Shown piece by piece: positions 23,612 through 36,541 of a stretch of DNA of 64,000 nt; positions within the stretch are counted from its first letter, which is position 1; each line of letters starts with the position of its first letter. The translations under genes and the position numbers were made by a program. The stretch is from Lepidodermella squamata. Taxonomy: Eukaryota > Animalia > Gastrotricha. Under the pieces are notes generated by a model. That model ran no database searches, was not told where the DNA came from, and worked only from the letters and a program-made list of their open reading frames with translations. The stretch spans positions 62,001 through 126,000 of the forward strand of contig JBLDXI010000040.1 in NCBI GenBank assembly GCA_047495785.1. Direction: 5' to 3'.

Positions 23612-24174
23612 CAGTGCTACCTCCATAAATGCAACCTCCATAAACAGAAAACCTCCGTATTTGCAAGCAATTTTGTCTCCTGTTAATTTTATTTATTGAA
23701 AAATTATTTTTCATCAAAATAAACATTATAGTTTCATAATTTTTATTTACTGTGAAAAAACAGGCGTCGTTGGCAACGAAATTTAACCCCCGTGGCCGGA
23801 TTTCTAGCTTTTTAATTTGGCGGTCGCGCGGCGTAATCTCAACCAACACCCAACCTCTGGATCTTTACAGACCGTTGTTTTTTATAAGCTCATTGAGATT
23901 ACGAATCAACAAAATCGTGCGCACGCGATTTTTCGAGTTTTTGCTTTTACAAATACTACAGTCCATTCAAATCAATGAGGTTTACTGAATTCGTTCCGGC
24001 TTATCTTAAAACATGGCTAACCAGTAAAATCATCGTCGCCTTAGCAACTTAAGAAAAAACTTAGCGACGCACTTATGATTCATCGCTAGCTCTTTAACAG
24101 CCCTCTATAGATGCAACCCTCCGTAAAAGCAAACGCTTGTCTCCCGACCCTTTGCATTAATGGAGGTCGTACTG
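23612..24174. mobile_element. pogo/Tigger-like (Tc1/mariner) MITE, family 1, copy 1
   Basis: TA|CAGTGCTACCTCC...GGAGGTCGTACTG|TA. Empty site in the paralogue at ~33391 (ggctactgcact). Confidence 0.9.
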
Positions 24175-24300
24175 TACTGCACGTAATATTCAGTGCTGGT
24201 TGAGAGCTCACTCTCGGTGGAAGATGGCACGCACACGAAATGAAGTTAATATTCCAGTACCTCCATTTTCTCAAGCGCCCGTCAAGCCAATCGAGCTTTA

Positions 24301-24863
24301 CAGTGCTACCTCCATAAATGCAACCTCCATAAAAAGAAAACCTCCGTATTTGCAAGCAATTTTATCTCCCGTTAATTTTATTTGTTGAAAAATTATTTTT
24401 CATCAAACTAAAATTTTTAGTTTGATAATTTTTATTTACTGTGAAAAAACAGGCGTCGTTAGCAACAAAATTTCAGCGCTGCGGGCGGATTTCTGGTTTT
24501 TAAAATTGGCGGCCGCGCGGTTGTTTCTCGCCGAACACCCAACTTCTCGATCTTTAAAGATCGCTGTTTTTTATAAGCTCATTGAGATTGCGAATCAACA
24601 AAATCGTGCGCACGCGATTTTTCGAGTTTTTGCTTTTACAAATACTACAACCCATTCAAATCAACAAAGTTGACTGAATTCGTTCCGGGTTATTTAAAAA
24701 TATGGCTAACCACTAAAATCATCGTCGCCTTAGAAACTAAGAAAAAAACGTAGCGACGCACTTATGATTCATCGCTAGCTCTTTAACAGCCCTCTATAAA
24801 TGCAACCCTCCGTAAAAGCAAACGCGTGTCTCCCGACCCTTTGCATTTGTGGAGGTCGTACTG
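24301..24863. mobile_element. pogo/Tigger-like MITE, family 1, copy 2
   Basis: Same termini and TA TSD, high similarity to 23612-24174. Empty site at ~33515 (gagcttttcaagcc). Confidence 0.9.
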
Positions 24864-25507
24864 TACAAGCCAAAAACGAACGTGAAATCCGGACTCCGTT
24901 AACGGCAGCCTCAAGGCGACGCAGTGTCTTACAAGCGATCTGGGCTTCCTCATTCGTTTCTTGGAGGCCTTGAGCAAGACCGACCCCGTAATTCAAAAGA
25001 CATAAGGCTTTATACCTACGCCACATTTTTCTTACGATTACATGTGAACGCTTTTGATAACGGAGCACATGACTAGCACATCTGTTAACAAGATCTGCGC
25101 GGTGTTAGGGAAAATTTAGTTTATCGGCGACAAACAGTGCGACTTTCAGAGGGGTGGGGGTATTATCCCACCCAGCTCGGCCAGACCGGACAACGAATTG
25201 AAAATTTCGCCCGCTATCAGAGGTTTTTGAGCGTGTTTCAGTCAACAATCTTTAACATTTCCTTGCTTCGCTCATTTTTTCGCTGAAATCACTAGTAATT
25301 TTGGCAAATACAGCAAAATGTTGTTTCATCCCTGGCATTTATTGCACAATTATTTTTTCTTCATTTGTCCCGATGCAAAGAACGCTAGATTCCCAACCAT
25401 TAATTTCAAGATCGCTTTGCAATATTTGTGTATCTTCTTCGGTCATAATAGGTCTGAAAACGTTGTTATTATCAGCAAACAAAATAAAGCGAGGAATCAA
25501 TATTTAA

Positions 25508-25684
25508 GGACATGGCTATGTGAACACAGGATTGTGTATTACCTATTGGCTATGCGTACACATTGTGTGTGCTCGATTGGCTATTTGAACAATGCGCGCG
25601 CTTAAATTTGGCTGTGTGTCACGCACATTGTGTACGCATAGCCATTGGGCGATACACTGTTCCTGTGTTCACATAGCAACATCC
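25508..25684. mobile_element. 177-bp palindromic MULE-like MITE
   Basis: GG...CC termini, long TIR (gctatgtgaacacagga), 9-bp TSD AATATTTAA at 25499-25507 and 25685-25693. Empty site at ~33841. Confidence 0.88.
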
Positions 25685-27163
25685 AATATTTAACTTGCCA
25701 TCAGTAGCAATCAAAAATAGAATAAACAATAGTAGGCGGGGGACAATGCCTTGAGGAATGCCCGCGTTTCGAAGTGTTCTTATCGAAGTGTTGGATAAGA
25801 TTATTAGAAATTAAGCAGTTGTTGACGCCAGCTTAGCTTTGTTTCGAGTAAAAACACGCACGGAGAAGAGTATATTCTTATAATTTATTTTTCTATTCTG
25901 TTGTGCCACCTCTCTAACACAGCTCTAACACACTCGTTAAATCACCAGAATTGGTCTTAGAGTCCAATATCCATCATTCAATCCATCTATCCATGCATGA
26001 TGGCCAGATCTAAGCCACGGCCGCAATCAAATTTTCGCTCTCAAGCTAGTCACTGGGAATAATTTAACTTGATTTACTTATAATTAATTTACATCGAGTG
26101 CATTAAATTTCGGTATTTATCAGAAAGTAATTCCAGGGACGTGAGGGACGTGAGGGACTTAGCGGGTAGCGCTGTTGACGGGCTTCAGTTGCCTCAATAT
26201 CGCTCAAAACTCCACTATGAATGAGACATTTGATGGTATTTCAATGCTATTTCGAATTTACTGTCTGACGGATCTCTCATTGTCTTGACTGTCACTGGGA
26301 ATAATACGCCCCTAAATGTCTACAAGGCCGTGTTGGAGAGGAAGCAAAGGCAATTGATATCAAGGGTCGATGTCTGAATCCTTTCAAATTTCATCTGTTA
26401 GCAAGTTTTGAGCGAGTATTGACGGGATTTTAGCTTTTTTATTTCCGCTTGGCTATTCTAAAAAGAGTTTAAAATTAGTCATTCCTAGTAAATAGTAAGA
26501 AAAATTGGCTATTTAATCATTAAAACCCATTCAAAAATCCTTAACGTTATCCCAATCAAAAAGGGCTGAATGAGGGAAGAATTATTGATTCCTCTAATTT
26601 TTCCCCAATCCCATCGGCAAAATCACGCCGGAAGGGATAGTCAATTATTGATGCTCATCAAAACTGACTATTTCATCATTAAGAAACCCCTCATAAATCC
26701 GTTTTTCGCTAACGTTTTCCCAAAAATAATTGCCGAATGAGAGAACAATTATTGATATCTCTACATGTTTCCCCAGTCGCATGGGGATCTCGGGATGGCA
26801 ATTTTCCCAACCCTATCCGTAGCAATATTTTAATATTGGTTAATTAATTATGCAACGATTTGTGAAAACACCAACATTTTGGCATGGAAATGGCTCCAGG
26901 AAAAATAATCCAGCTTTTGTTATTTACAAGTATTTGCATAATTCATGAAACGATATGACGCACCACAGCGTATCTTTAACCGACAGTGCCCAGTGGCAAC
27001 GTAGCTGCAATCGCCCGTCTAAGTTGATAATAGCATATTTACCCTCAAATTATGTATTTAATTCGCTTAAATTCGAATGGGTGCATCAGACATCTGCTGG
27101 CATCAGATCGAGCAAGATCGAGTCTGAAAATTGCACTCTTTTACGGCAGCATTATTTGACAAA

Positions 27164-28413
27164 ATGGCGATCAGCGTTTGCATCATCCTTTTTGCCGCAC
27201 ACTTCACAGCGGCGCAGCCGTCTGTATTTTTGCAAAATCCGAACGATGATATCGATAATCGGAGCTACACGAAAGAAATATCCGACTACTTCTTCAATAG
27301 CGCGTGTCCTCTTGCGCGCGAGATCGAGCTCGACGTCGAGATGGGGCACAGAGGCCGACTAACCGACCTGCCCATCAACGTCTCAATCGATATCCGTATG
27401 CACAGATTGGTTGAAGTTGACGATCTGTCTCAAAGGTGAGCCGATTCCGGCTTAGGAAGAAAAGCTAGATTTCTTCCATCAGTTTAACAGTTCTCGCGAG
27501 CTATTGGCTCTATTGGTACATGCCGGCTTCAGGTTGCAAACCAATGAGCACGAACGATGTACCGACGATGTCGAATAAAACCTCGATATATGTCCCTAGT
27601 GGCACTTCAAAATCATGGCGGCCTGTTTTTGAGCATATGAATGGCGTGGATTCGGGCGACATTTTAGCCGGCGAGCCCGATCTTCGAATTTTCTACGCCG
27701 CATCAGAGAGTCCTGTTAACGGCTACATCCGTGTTTTCAAACCTATTAAAACGTATTGCTACGGCTTTGACATTCGCAACTTCCCCTACGACAGACTTGA
27801 TTGTTCGATTGAGCTTGAAGCTAAAGATGACGGAGGGATTATCAGAATCGCAGAGGCGAGCTTCGCAATTCCTAGCTTTGCAAGATTCGTTTCTGATACT
27901 GACGTCTGGGATTCAATAGGAAACTCCGTGTTTTACAATATCACCAAAAAGTCGAGGTACGACCATCTTTCAATGCAATTTTCCCTGCAACGAAGGGGTA
28001 ACTACTATGTTGCGAACATTTTTCTGCCAGTTTTTGCGACAGTAATCTTGCAGATGTGTGCTTTGATTATGAATCCTAAACACCCTGATAGGCCTACTTA
28101 TTGCATTACAGTTGTTATAGCCATATCAGTTCTATTGGCTCTGGTTTTCAGCCAGATTCCGCGTACGTCCCAAACTGTTTATTTGATCGTTATGATTACT
28201 ATCAAAGTGATCTATTGTTGTCTGATGACGATTTACGCTCTGATTGCTTGCAATATTGCCAAGTCGAAATGGGGCCGGCAGCGTGTTGCTATCGGCAAGT
28301 TGCGCCCAACTAAGGTTCGGCTTATCGACTTGGCAGTCACTGTCTTCTCAATTTTCTCTTTGCTTATCATCGACCTTTTTCTATTTTTGAAAATGAGTGG
28401 ACAGCTGGATTAA
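27164..28413 (+). CDS. Divergent pentameric (Cys-loop) ligand-gated ion channel subunit, copy 1, 400 aa
   Basis: Exons 27164-27435 and 27483-28413. Signal peptide, loop A WRP, Cys-loop CYGFDIRNFPYDRLDC, pre-M1 LQRRGNYY, M1 Pro, DR before M2, M2-M3 IPRTS, RLID before M4. Confidence 0.93.
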
Positions 28414-29033
28414 GAATGATGACCTCCAAAAGGTCACTTGGCTCACTCCCGGTTATAATACATTAGAAGCTGCATAATCCGAACCCTAGCAATGCGGACA
28501 TCGGGTTAGTCCGGGAACGTTTATGGCGACGGACAGAGTTTACGTTATCACATGCAGCTTCTACTGTACTTCTTTTGTCTGGACCATTTAGGCCAATTGG
28601 GCAATACAGTTTTTTGCCTTGTCGATGTCGGATCGTTGCTTTCATGTTGTTGCATGCGGTCGTGGATTTTCTGATGATGCAAAAATAAGCGCTATTTTAC
28701 TCTTAATATTGATATCTCTGAAATGACCTTCTCCAATGGGAAAATTTGAAAATTTGAATCTGGGTTTTTGAAGTTCATTAAGGTACTTAAGAATATGGTT
28801 GGGTGGTATGTATAATTAAGCGATGAGGAAACGCCCCCCATCGTGCCTCGCTAGCCATGCCTGGGTAAGAATCTGGTTAAATCTTCAAGTCACTCCATTC
28901 AAGCCAACACTCTATTTGGGATTTTCTGGAAATTATGGTAAATTTAAACCCCCACTTTTCACCTGTTTGCGGTCATGTTGCACTTCTCGATGATATTTTG
29001 TATTACGGAAACTTTGTAAACTAATGAAAAATT

Positions 29034-29712
29034 CGTCGTCGGTGCGGCCAAAAGTAATATGTCCATCCAAAATCGAAAATGAGATTTTTTCAGTTTCGAA
29101 CTCAGAATTTAACGGCGGTCATTATTCTGAAAACCGCATCTCAAAATTCGCCAGGGGTCAAAAGTTATATGTCCACTTTCGTGACTTTTTTGCCAGGTCA
29201 ATTTGTCGGCAGAATCAACAGTAATATGTCCATGGCACGAGTTCGAAAAGGGCACCAAAAGTAATATGTCCAGCAAAAAATCACTGAATTGCGAGCAAAA
29301 TGGTAGTGTAAAAATCGCCGAAAAAATAGATGCTCGCATGAGGGATCGAACCACAGCAGCGCGATGTTGATGCCAAGTGAAAAATAATCCTCTTTCTTCA
29401 CGCTTAAAAATAAAATAGCTTAAAAAATGGATGTGTGCACGAGGAATCGAACCACCCTATGTTAAAACCCCATAACAAAATAACAAAAAAAGTACAAAAC
29501 AGTAATATGTCCAACGAATGTCTCAATGGCGCAAAAATGGTGCATCACCGGTAGAAATGGCCGGCGCCATTCGATCCGCCGTAATCAACTACCCCCTTGG
29601 TCATCTCGGTGACATATTTTACTGAAAATATTTCGAAAATATAAAGCTGTTTTTACGATTTATCTCAAAATTATCACTCTTGGACATATTACTTTTGGCC
29701 GCATCGACGACG
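29034..29712. mobile_element. Non-autonomous DNA transposon (Sola1-like, tentative)
   Basis: 32-bp TIR CGTCGTCGRTGCGGCCAAAAGTAATATGTCCA. Flanks AATT and AAAT (AWWT-type, one mismatch). Internal repeats of AGTAATATGTCCA and two reverse B-box-like motifs (~29342, ~29443). Confidence 0.8.
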
Positions 29713-30050
29713 AAATATCTCTCGTGAGTTCTTGTGCTACTGAGTTAATCTTGCGAAGGATTAATATGAGGCTCGTAAAACTTCTTGTAAATGAAATATA
29801 ATACACCTTTTTTCATTTGCATTTTCATAATGTGCAAAACAAATTTCACAATGGTTTCTTAGCCCGAGCCAATAATTTCTTTCTGCGTTTTCATTTTTTT
29901 CATTTTTCACTACCTGTTTTTCCTATCTTTCATTGAGAATTTTCCGGAAATTGACCGTAAAAGCGATAAAGTCAGCGTTTCACTTGGAGTTATAAATAAC
30001 ATCAGTAAAATATTTACCATTGAAAAAATATTCATTCGATATCCGTTTAA

Positions 30051-31121
30051 ATGCCGCGAGCGTACAAAAAGACATCAAATATTGACAGGGAAAGGTTGGT
30101 AGCTGCCATCGAAAATGGCGAAGATTTTCATGCGGCTGCAAAGGTCCTCGGAATTTCAAGCAGAACCATGTATAATATCATCAACACATATCGCACCGAT
30201 GCTCGCATTGAAGCTGAGCATCGAGGAGTTGCTCCCCGCCGTTGGGAAGGTCAGTTTACTGATCATTTAGTTGGGGCTATCGAAGAAAACTCCCAGCTGA
30301 CGTTGGAAGGATCTCAGGATGAGACTGTTGCAAAATTGTAATGCAGAATTTTCGATCACGACGATCCGCACAGAAAATTGGATGGCGCCCTAATTACGAT
30401 GAAACGTCTTCACCCGTATCCCGCTACTCGCAACCGGGCTGATGTTATTTTGGAACGAGCCGCATATGCGCTCTGGTTCTCTGATATCCGCAATCGCCAA
30501 ATTCACTACTACCAAGACGAATTCGGCGTTTCGCTCTGGACTCGTCGCGGCCGTGGCAGAGCGCCGAAGAGACAGCGAGCCTATGTTTTACTGCCGACAG
30601 CTTCTCCCGGCAACAATATGTCTGTGGCGGTGGTAGTTTCACCTGTTAGAGGGCTGGTCTACTACTACTACGAAATTTCTGTAACGGGCATGACTGCTGA
30701 ACGATTCGCAACGTTTACCACGCAAACTAGCGAGCGAATTGGCCATCAAAACGAAGCTGTTATTATTCTGGACAATTTGAGAAGCCATTATCCTGACGCC
30801 GATTTTCCGCTGTGGGAGCTGCATCAGTTCAAATTTCTCCCACCTTATTCGCCGTTTTTGAACCCTATCGAAAACGTTTTTTCAGCTGTGAAAGCTGCGG
30901 TAAAAAACGAACCAGCTATGCGTAGGCTGGAATACTACCAGCTTATCGAGGCTGCGCGTGTTGTTGGCGCTGTTCTAGAAAATACCCGTCGTGAATTTTT
31001 GAGTGAAATCATTGAAAGGCATCTTCGTGCAGTTATTACACCTGAACTTGTGGCTAATTGCGATCGCCATGTGCTAAACCATCTACCAGCCTGCATCGCG
31101 AGCGAACCAATAATGGGTTAA
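30051..31121 (+). mobile_element. IS630/Tc1-type DDE transposase, frameshifted near 30310-30380
   Basis: N-terminal HTH (AAAKVLGISSRTMYNII), YYQDEFG, IILDNLRSH, LPPYSPFLNPIENVF. D-to-E spacing counts as 32. TIRs not found. Confidence 0.9.
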
Positions 31122-31241
31122 ATATCAAACATTAATTGCGATTTCGAAATTGGCGAGAATTATAAGTTGAATAAAAGCTGTGAGGAGCAAACACCTGAAG
31201 TAATGATTTATTTCTTCTTCATCAAATTAAACGCTTCAAAT

Positions 31242-31979
31242 TCAAGTTTTATTTATTTTTTTGCGATCCCTGATGACTTGGCTGGCTTTGTAAGAAATCG
31301 CTCTAGAGTTGCGGCGCAGCAAAACTGAAAAATCGCCCCGACCAGTATTGCGGAACCAAGCGATAAAGTCATCGACCATCTGCTCCGAAGGTTTATCACC
31401 CAGTGAATTGCAGTACCATATGACCCATTCAAGAAGGCTTATCTCGTACGGGTTCCATTGTCTTTTTGCACGCGAGGATTGATAGTACAGTTGAATTGAA
31501 GTCACATTCGGGGCCTGAAATCCTGTTGTATCAGGCGGCTAATTTGGCGTCGCGGAAACAAACGAACCAAATGAACCTTGGTTTGAGGTACCTGCCGAAT
31601 CGGGAGAAACGGACATTCCCGTGGCTAGCGTATGAAACGTCGATGATGAGGACGCACCAAATGAGGTTGGAAAGCCGGACGGATTCGGCAGTGGCAGTGG
31701 AGGACCGGCTGCTAAAACAGAGTCTTTATCCGCGTTCTTCATCGGCCATCCGCGCCGCTTGTTGACTGCCGCATCGCGATTTTTCTTCTGTTTAGCAGCT
31801 TGTTTAGCTTTCTCAGTCTCTTTTTTCTCGATAAGCTGTTGTAGATTTGGGGTTTTCACCGTTGAGCGCGAACGCAGCGTAATGCGCCTTGCTGTTTCAA
31901 CAATGACAGTTTTTGGAGAAACTGGCGAGAAGTGCGCGCTAGTGTTATTTATAGAAACTGCTTCTTCAGTTGAAGCCAT
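31242..31979 (-). CDS. Putative DNA-binding protein (AT-hook-like plus Myb/SANT-like) convergent with the transposase; one in-frame TAG
   Basis: The two track ORFs share one frame, separated by TAG at 31541-31539, which a 69-nt GT-AG intron (31591-31523) would remove. Motifs KRRGWP and RQWNPYEISLLEW...RNSRAISYK. Minus-strand AATAAA at ~31212. Confidence 0.6.
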
Positions 31980-32153
31980 GATGGAAACGAAAAAAGTAGC
32001 GCGAGTAATAAAATGAAAATAATGAGAAAAAAAATCAAATTTAATTGATATAATATAAACTAAACTATATTGTTTAGTTTCTTCTGAGAACTTCGCAGAA
32101 ATTATTCTCAGATTCGACAAGCATACAAAATTTCCAGAAGACTTGAGATAATT

Positions 32154-32485
32154 GGGTGTGACTTTCATCCGACCAATGTCTTATTTCATCCGACAACCAA
32201 AAATGTGACTAAAATCATCCGACATGAAAATATTGATTTTCTCGATTTTCCAGAGTTCGATTTTTCGGTAAGGGCCTACCCCTTTTATGCACCCTGAACC
32301 CGCTGAACCGCCAGAATTTTATGGTGAAAGATTTATGGCGATCCGAATTGTCAATTTTTTACTGTAATTTTCTGAAAATATGAAAAAGCAAGTCGGATGA
32401 TTTTAGTCACATTTTTGGTTGTCGGATGAAATAAGACATTGGTCGGATAAAAAAAGACATTGGTCGGATGAAAAAGGTTTTTCCC
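32154..32485. mobile_element. MITE with GGG...CCC termini and 8-bp TSD
   Basis: Arms built of TCATCCGAC subrepeats. TSD AGATAATT at 32146-32153 and 32486-32493. Empty paralogous site at ~22701. Confidence 0.88.
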
Positions 32486-32718
32486 AGATAATTGGGGGTT
32501 ACCTGTCTTTCAAGGAGGATTGGAAATTGGACCCCCCTAAGATCTAAAATTTGAAGATAGCAAATCCTGAATAGAAGCTTAATATCCACAATTTGGGATC
32601 CTTCTTTAAGTCAACACACTTTTTTGCTGGAAAATTTGCCAAACCGGGTTTTCTTGCTCGGATCTCTGGAGCTGGGGGTAACGGTACCCCTGTACTCCCC
32701 ATACTGGATAAATTTACA

Positions 32719-33106
32719 TTGAGAGCACCGAGGGCCAGTCAATCTTGCCAAGCACGTGCAGACATTGTGTGCAGTGCAGCCTGAAGTCGGCGGGTTGCAT
32801 GTGTCAGCGCAAACCGCTACGAGCTACGAGGCATGTTAAGTAATTCAAGCGGCAAAACATCACTGTGGTAAAAAGTAAAACTTACGAGTTTCGCAGATTT
32901 TTTCCGGGTAACTCGGCTGACATATGCAACTATTTGTCGCGATGCATGTGCCTCCGTTCATGCAAGCAGGGGAGCATGCTATAAGTTATTGATAAAGCTA
33001 ACATTTATCGAGACCTACGAATAATGATCAACCGCTTACATTGTGTTAGGATTAGCGGGATAACAAATGATGAAGCGACTAATAGAAAAGCTAATGCGAT
33101 TGCCAT
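32719..33106 (-). pseudogene. Truncated duplicate of exons 1-3 (SP-EGF-EGF) of the EGF-PAN-FReD gene
   Basis: Near-identical to 22949-23327. Homology ends inside intron 3 at ~32060 and the downstream exons are absent. Confidence 0.85.
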
Positions 33107-34340
33107 CTGAAATTATAACTCAAGCTGAAACAATTGTTGTTATTGATTCAGATATATGCTCAGTAAATTTTATATTCAAAGCAACTACGTGACGTCAGGA
33201 AATTTCGTAACATTTTTTTCTCCGGCTGGCTTATTTCTCCGTTTCATCAGCATGTCACCTCAACTGTCCATCAAATATCTTGCATACAGAGTAGTTTGAG
33301 GCCAAAGCTTGGCATTGATTGAAAATGTTTGCAGGAAAAGTACGGACAAAAATTACGGAAAATTAAGCTGGATATCATTATCTATTCGGCTACTGCACTT
33401 AATATTCAGTGCTGGTTGAGAGCTCACTCTCGGTGGAAGATGGCACGCACACGAAACCAAGTTAATATTCCAGCACCTCCATTTTCTCAAGCGCCCGTCA
33501 AGCCAATCGAGCTTTTCAAGCCAAAAACGAACGTGAAATTCGGACTCCGTAAACGCAGTTCGTTTCTCGGAGGCCTTGAGCAAGACTGACCCCATAAGAA
33601 GTAGGCTTTAATAGGTACGTACAAATTTTCTTACGATTACATCTGAACGCTTTTGATAACGGAGCACATGACTAACACATGTGTTAAGAAGATTATTTTT
33701 TTCTTCATTTCCCGATGCAAAGAACGCTAGATTTCCAACCATTAATTTCAAGATCGCTTTGCAATATTTGTGTATCTTCGTCGGTCAGAATAGGTCTGAA
33801 AACGTTGTTATTATCAGCAAACAAAATAAAGCGACGAATCAATATTTTACTTGGCATCAATAGCAATCAAAAATAGGATAAACAACAATAGGCCGAGGAC
33901 AGTGCCTTGAGGAATGCCCGCGTTAGCTCAGGTTTATCGAAGTGTTGGATAAGATTATTAGAAATTAAGCAGTTGTTGACGCCAGCTTAGCTTTGTTTCG
34001 AGTAAAAACACGCACGGAGAAGAGTATATTCTTATAATTTATTTTTCTATTCTGTTGTGCCACCTCTAACACAGCTCTAATGATAGGTCTTTTCAAACTA
34101 TCAACACAAGTCCTGTTAAATCACCAGAATTGGTGGTATAGTCCAATATCCATTATTCCTTACATCTATCCATGCATGATAGATATCACGCATCTATCCC
34201 AAACGTTATCCAAATCAAAAAGGGCTGAATGAGGGAAGAATTATTGATTATTCTAATTTGTCCCCAATCCCATCGGCAAAATCACGCCGGAAGCGATAGT
34301 CAATTATTGATGCACATCAAACAGGAAAAACTGACTATTA

Positions 34341-34899
34341 ACGTATTTGCCTGAAAATAAGCCCGGTCTCAAACACAAGCCCATGGGCTTCTATAACGGG
34401 GTGGGCCTTAATTTCGGTACCAAAATCGAAATCAAAACCTGAGGCGATATATTGACATTAATGCATTAAATATTATCATTTTGAACTTATTTTCAATAAA
34501 TTCCACTGAAATTAATTTTAATGTATTAAAATGGGGCGATTTTCACATCCAACGCGCTCTCTCTCCTCGTGTTCTCTCAAGCTCGGAGACTCATGTGGTA
34601 CTTGGGAGATGTGTTACCGTTTTACAAGCCGTTTTACATGCCGCCTGATATCATTTGATGTTTTCCAATGTGATTTTGTCCTGCGAGCGATGGGCTGCGG
34701 TCCGTTTAAATGACGAATGAAGATGTTTGAATTGAATCAAGTTCATTTTCCGAATATTTTCTGCCAAAAACGAAAAGTACTTAGCTATAGGCCCGGGGCC
34801 ATATTAGAAGCCCGGGCTTCTACATTTATTTTGCTGAAAACGCTTAAATTTTGAAATAGTACTCGAATATAAGCCGGGCTTGTTTTCAGGCAAATACGG
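34341..34899. mobile_element. Tc2/pogo-like MITE
   Basis: TIR (C)CGTATTTGCCTGAAAAYAAGCCCGG with TA flanks. Absent from the paralogous sites at ~26670 and ~43970. Confidence 0.85.
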
Positions 34900-35157
34900 T
34901 AATCATCAAGAAACCCCTCAGAAATCCGTTTTCCCCAACATTTTCCCAAAAAAAAATTGCCTAATGAGAGAACAATTATTGATATCTCTACATGTTTCCC
35001 CAATCGCATTGGGAACTCAGGATGACAATTTTTCCAACCCAATCCGTAGCAATATTTTGATATTGGTTAATTAACTATGCAACGATTTGTAAAAACAATC
35101 GATTTTGGCATGCAAATGGCTCCAGGAAAAATATCCAGCTTTTGTTATTTACGAGTA

Positions 35158-36339
35158 CAGTGCTCCCTCGATTAGTGCACGGGGTCGGGGCTGTGGGTCG
35201 TGCACTTATCTAGGGATGCAACTAACGAGGGCTGTTAAAGAGCTAGCGATGAATCATAAGTGTGTAGCTACGTTTTTTTCTTAGTTGCTAAGGAGACGTT
35301 GTTTTTAGTGGTTAGCCATATCTAACCTAGCTCGCATATATTTGTTTAAAAGAATCCGAAAATTATTAGATAAAAGCATCTCTTACGAGTGCCGAAGTAA
35401 AAATGATCTCTGGTCAACCATGTTCATTTCGATCATCTATTGGATCAATGATGTTTGGCCTTACGCAGCAATTGTGTTAATTACGTGGCTTTTTTATAAT
35501 TAATAATACCGAAATTAATTTTTTGAAGTTTAAAATAAAAATCGTTTACATGTTAGCAATTAAAACATTAAGCTCAGAATGAGTTTTCGAATAAATTCGA
35601 GATTTCTGGAAATCATTGCGCAATTGAAATCCTTTGCTAATATCGACATTCACATTTTAACCTAACATCCTTGCATTTATGACGTTGGGTTATTTCTCGG
35701 CAAATTAATTAATTCCTTGATTTTAGATACAATTATACCGGGATGAGTCAGCTAAGTTTATTTCAAATGTCATTTTGTTAAACAAGCACTTCTATTGCAG
35801 TATTTGTTAAAATGAATCCAAGGTTATGATGGGGGAACAATCTATAAATTACTCCTCAAACTGAATAGCATCGTAAATCCCTCTAATTTGCCAAGTCATT
35901 AAATCATCCACTATCCACCGCCGTTCCATCAATGAGATAATAGTAGTTGTGAATGAAAAAAAATCACGAAAAGTCGGACGCGTGCACGTCATCAATTGCT
36001 CTCTCAACGATCTAAGATAAAAAACGTTGATCTGTAAAGATCGAGATAACGTCGCCTATTCTTGCCTGGAATAATTAGGAATGCGTAACGTTTATCTTTT
36101 CCAGCTAATTCAAAATAAATTGCGTCAGGCTTTATCAATGGGATCATCTTCTTTATTAGAGCAAAAATTATTCGATCGAATAACAACAAATTGGCATCTG
36201 AAATTCCCCGCGACGATCCAAGTTTTACCGTCCCGCATTTTCGCTGCTAAATAATTGCCAAATTTCAGGGGGCTGTAAATGTGTGGCAGATAACGAGAGA
36301 ATTGCACATAGCCAGGGTGCACTAAGCGAGGGAGCACTG
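35158..36339. mobile_element. pogo/Tigger-like non-autonomous element, family 2, copy 1
   Basis: TA|CAGTGCTCCCTCG...CGAGGGAGCACTG|TA. Empty sites at ~26931 and ~44238. Confidence 0.92.
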
Positions 36340-36541
36340 TATTTGCATAATTAATGAAACGATATCACGCACCACAGCGATTTTAACTTACCGTGCCCAT
36401 TGGCAACGCCGCTGCAATCGTCTGTCTGAATTGATAATAACATATTTACGCTTAAATTATGTATTTAATTCGCTTAAATTCGAATGGATGCATCCGACCT
36501 GTTGGCATCAGTTCGAGTCTGAAAATTGCAACATACTGAAA

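Larger units (their letters stand above)
22610..28998. repeat. Segmental duplication unit (5' of EGF-FReD gene plus channel gene); copies at ~32060-38660 and, partially, ~42500-46480
   Basis: Colinear similarity of exons, introns and intergenic DNA, interrupted by copy-specific insertions. Confidence 0.9.
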
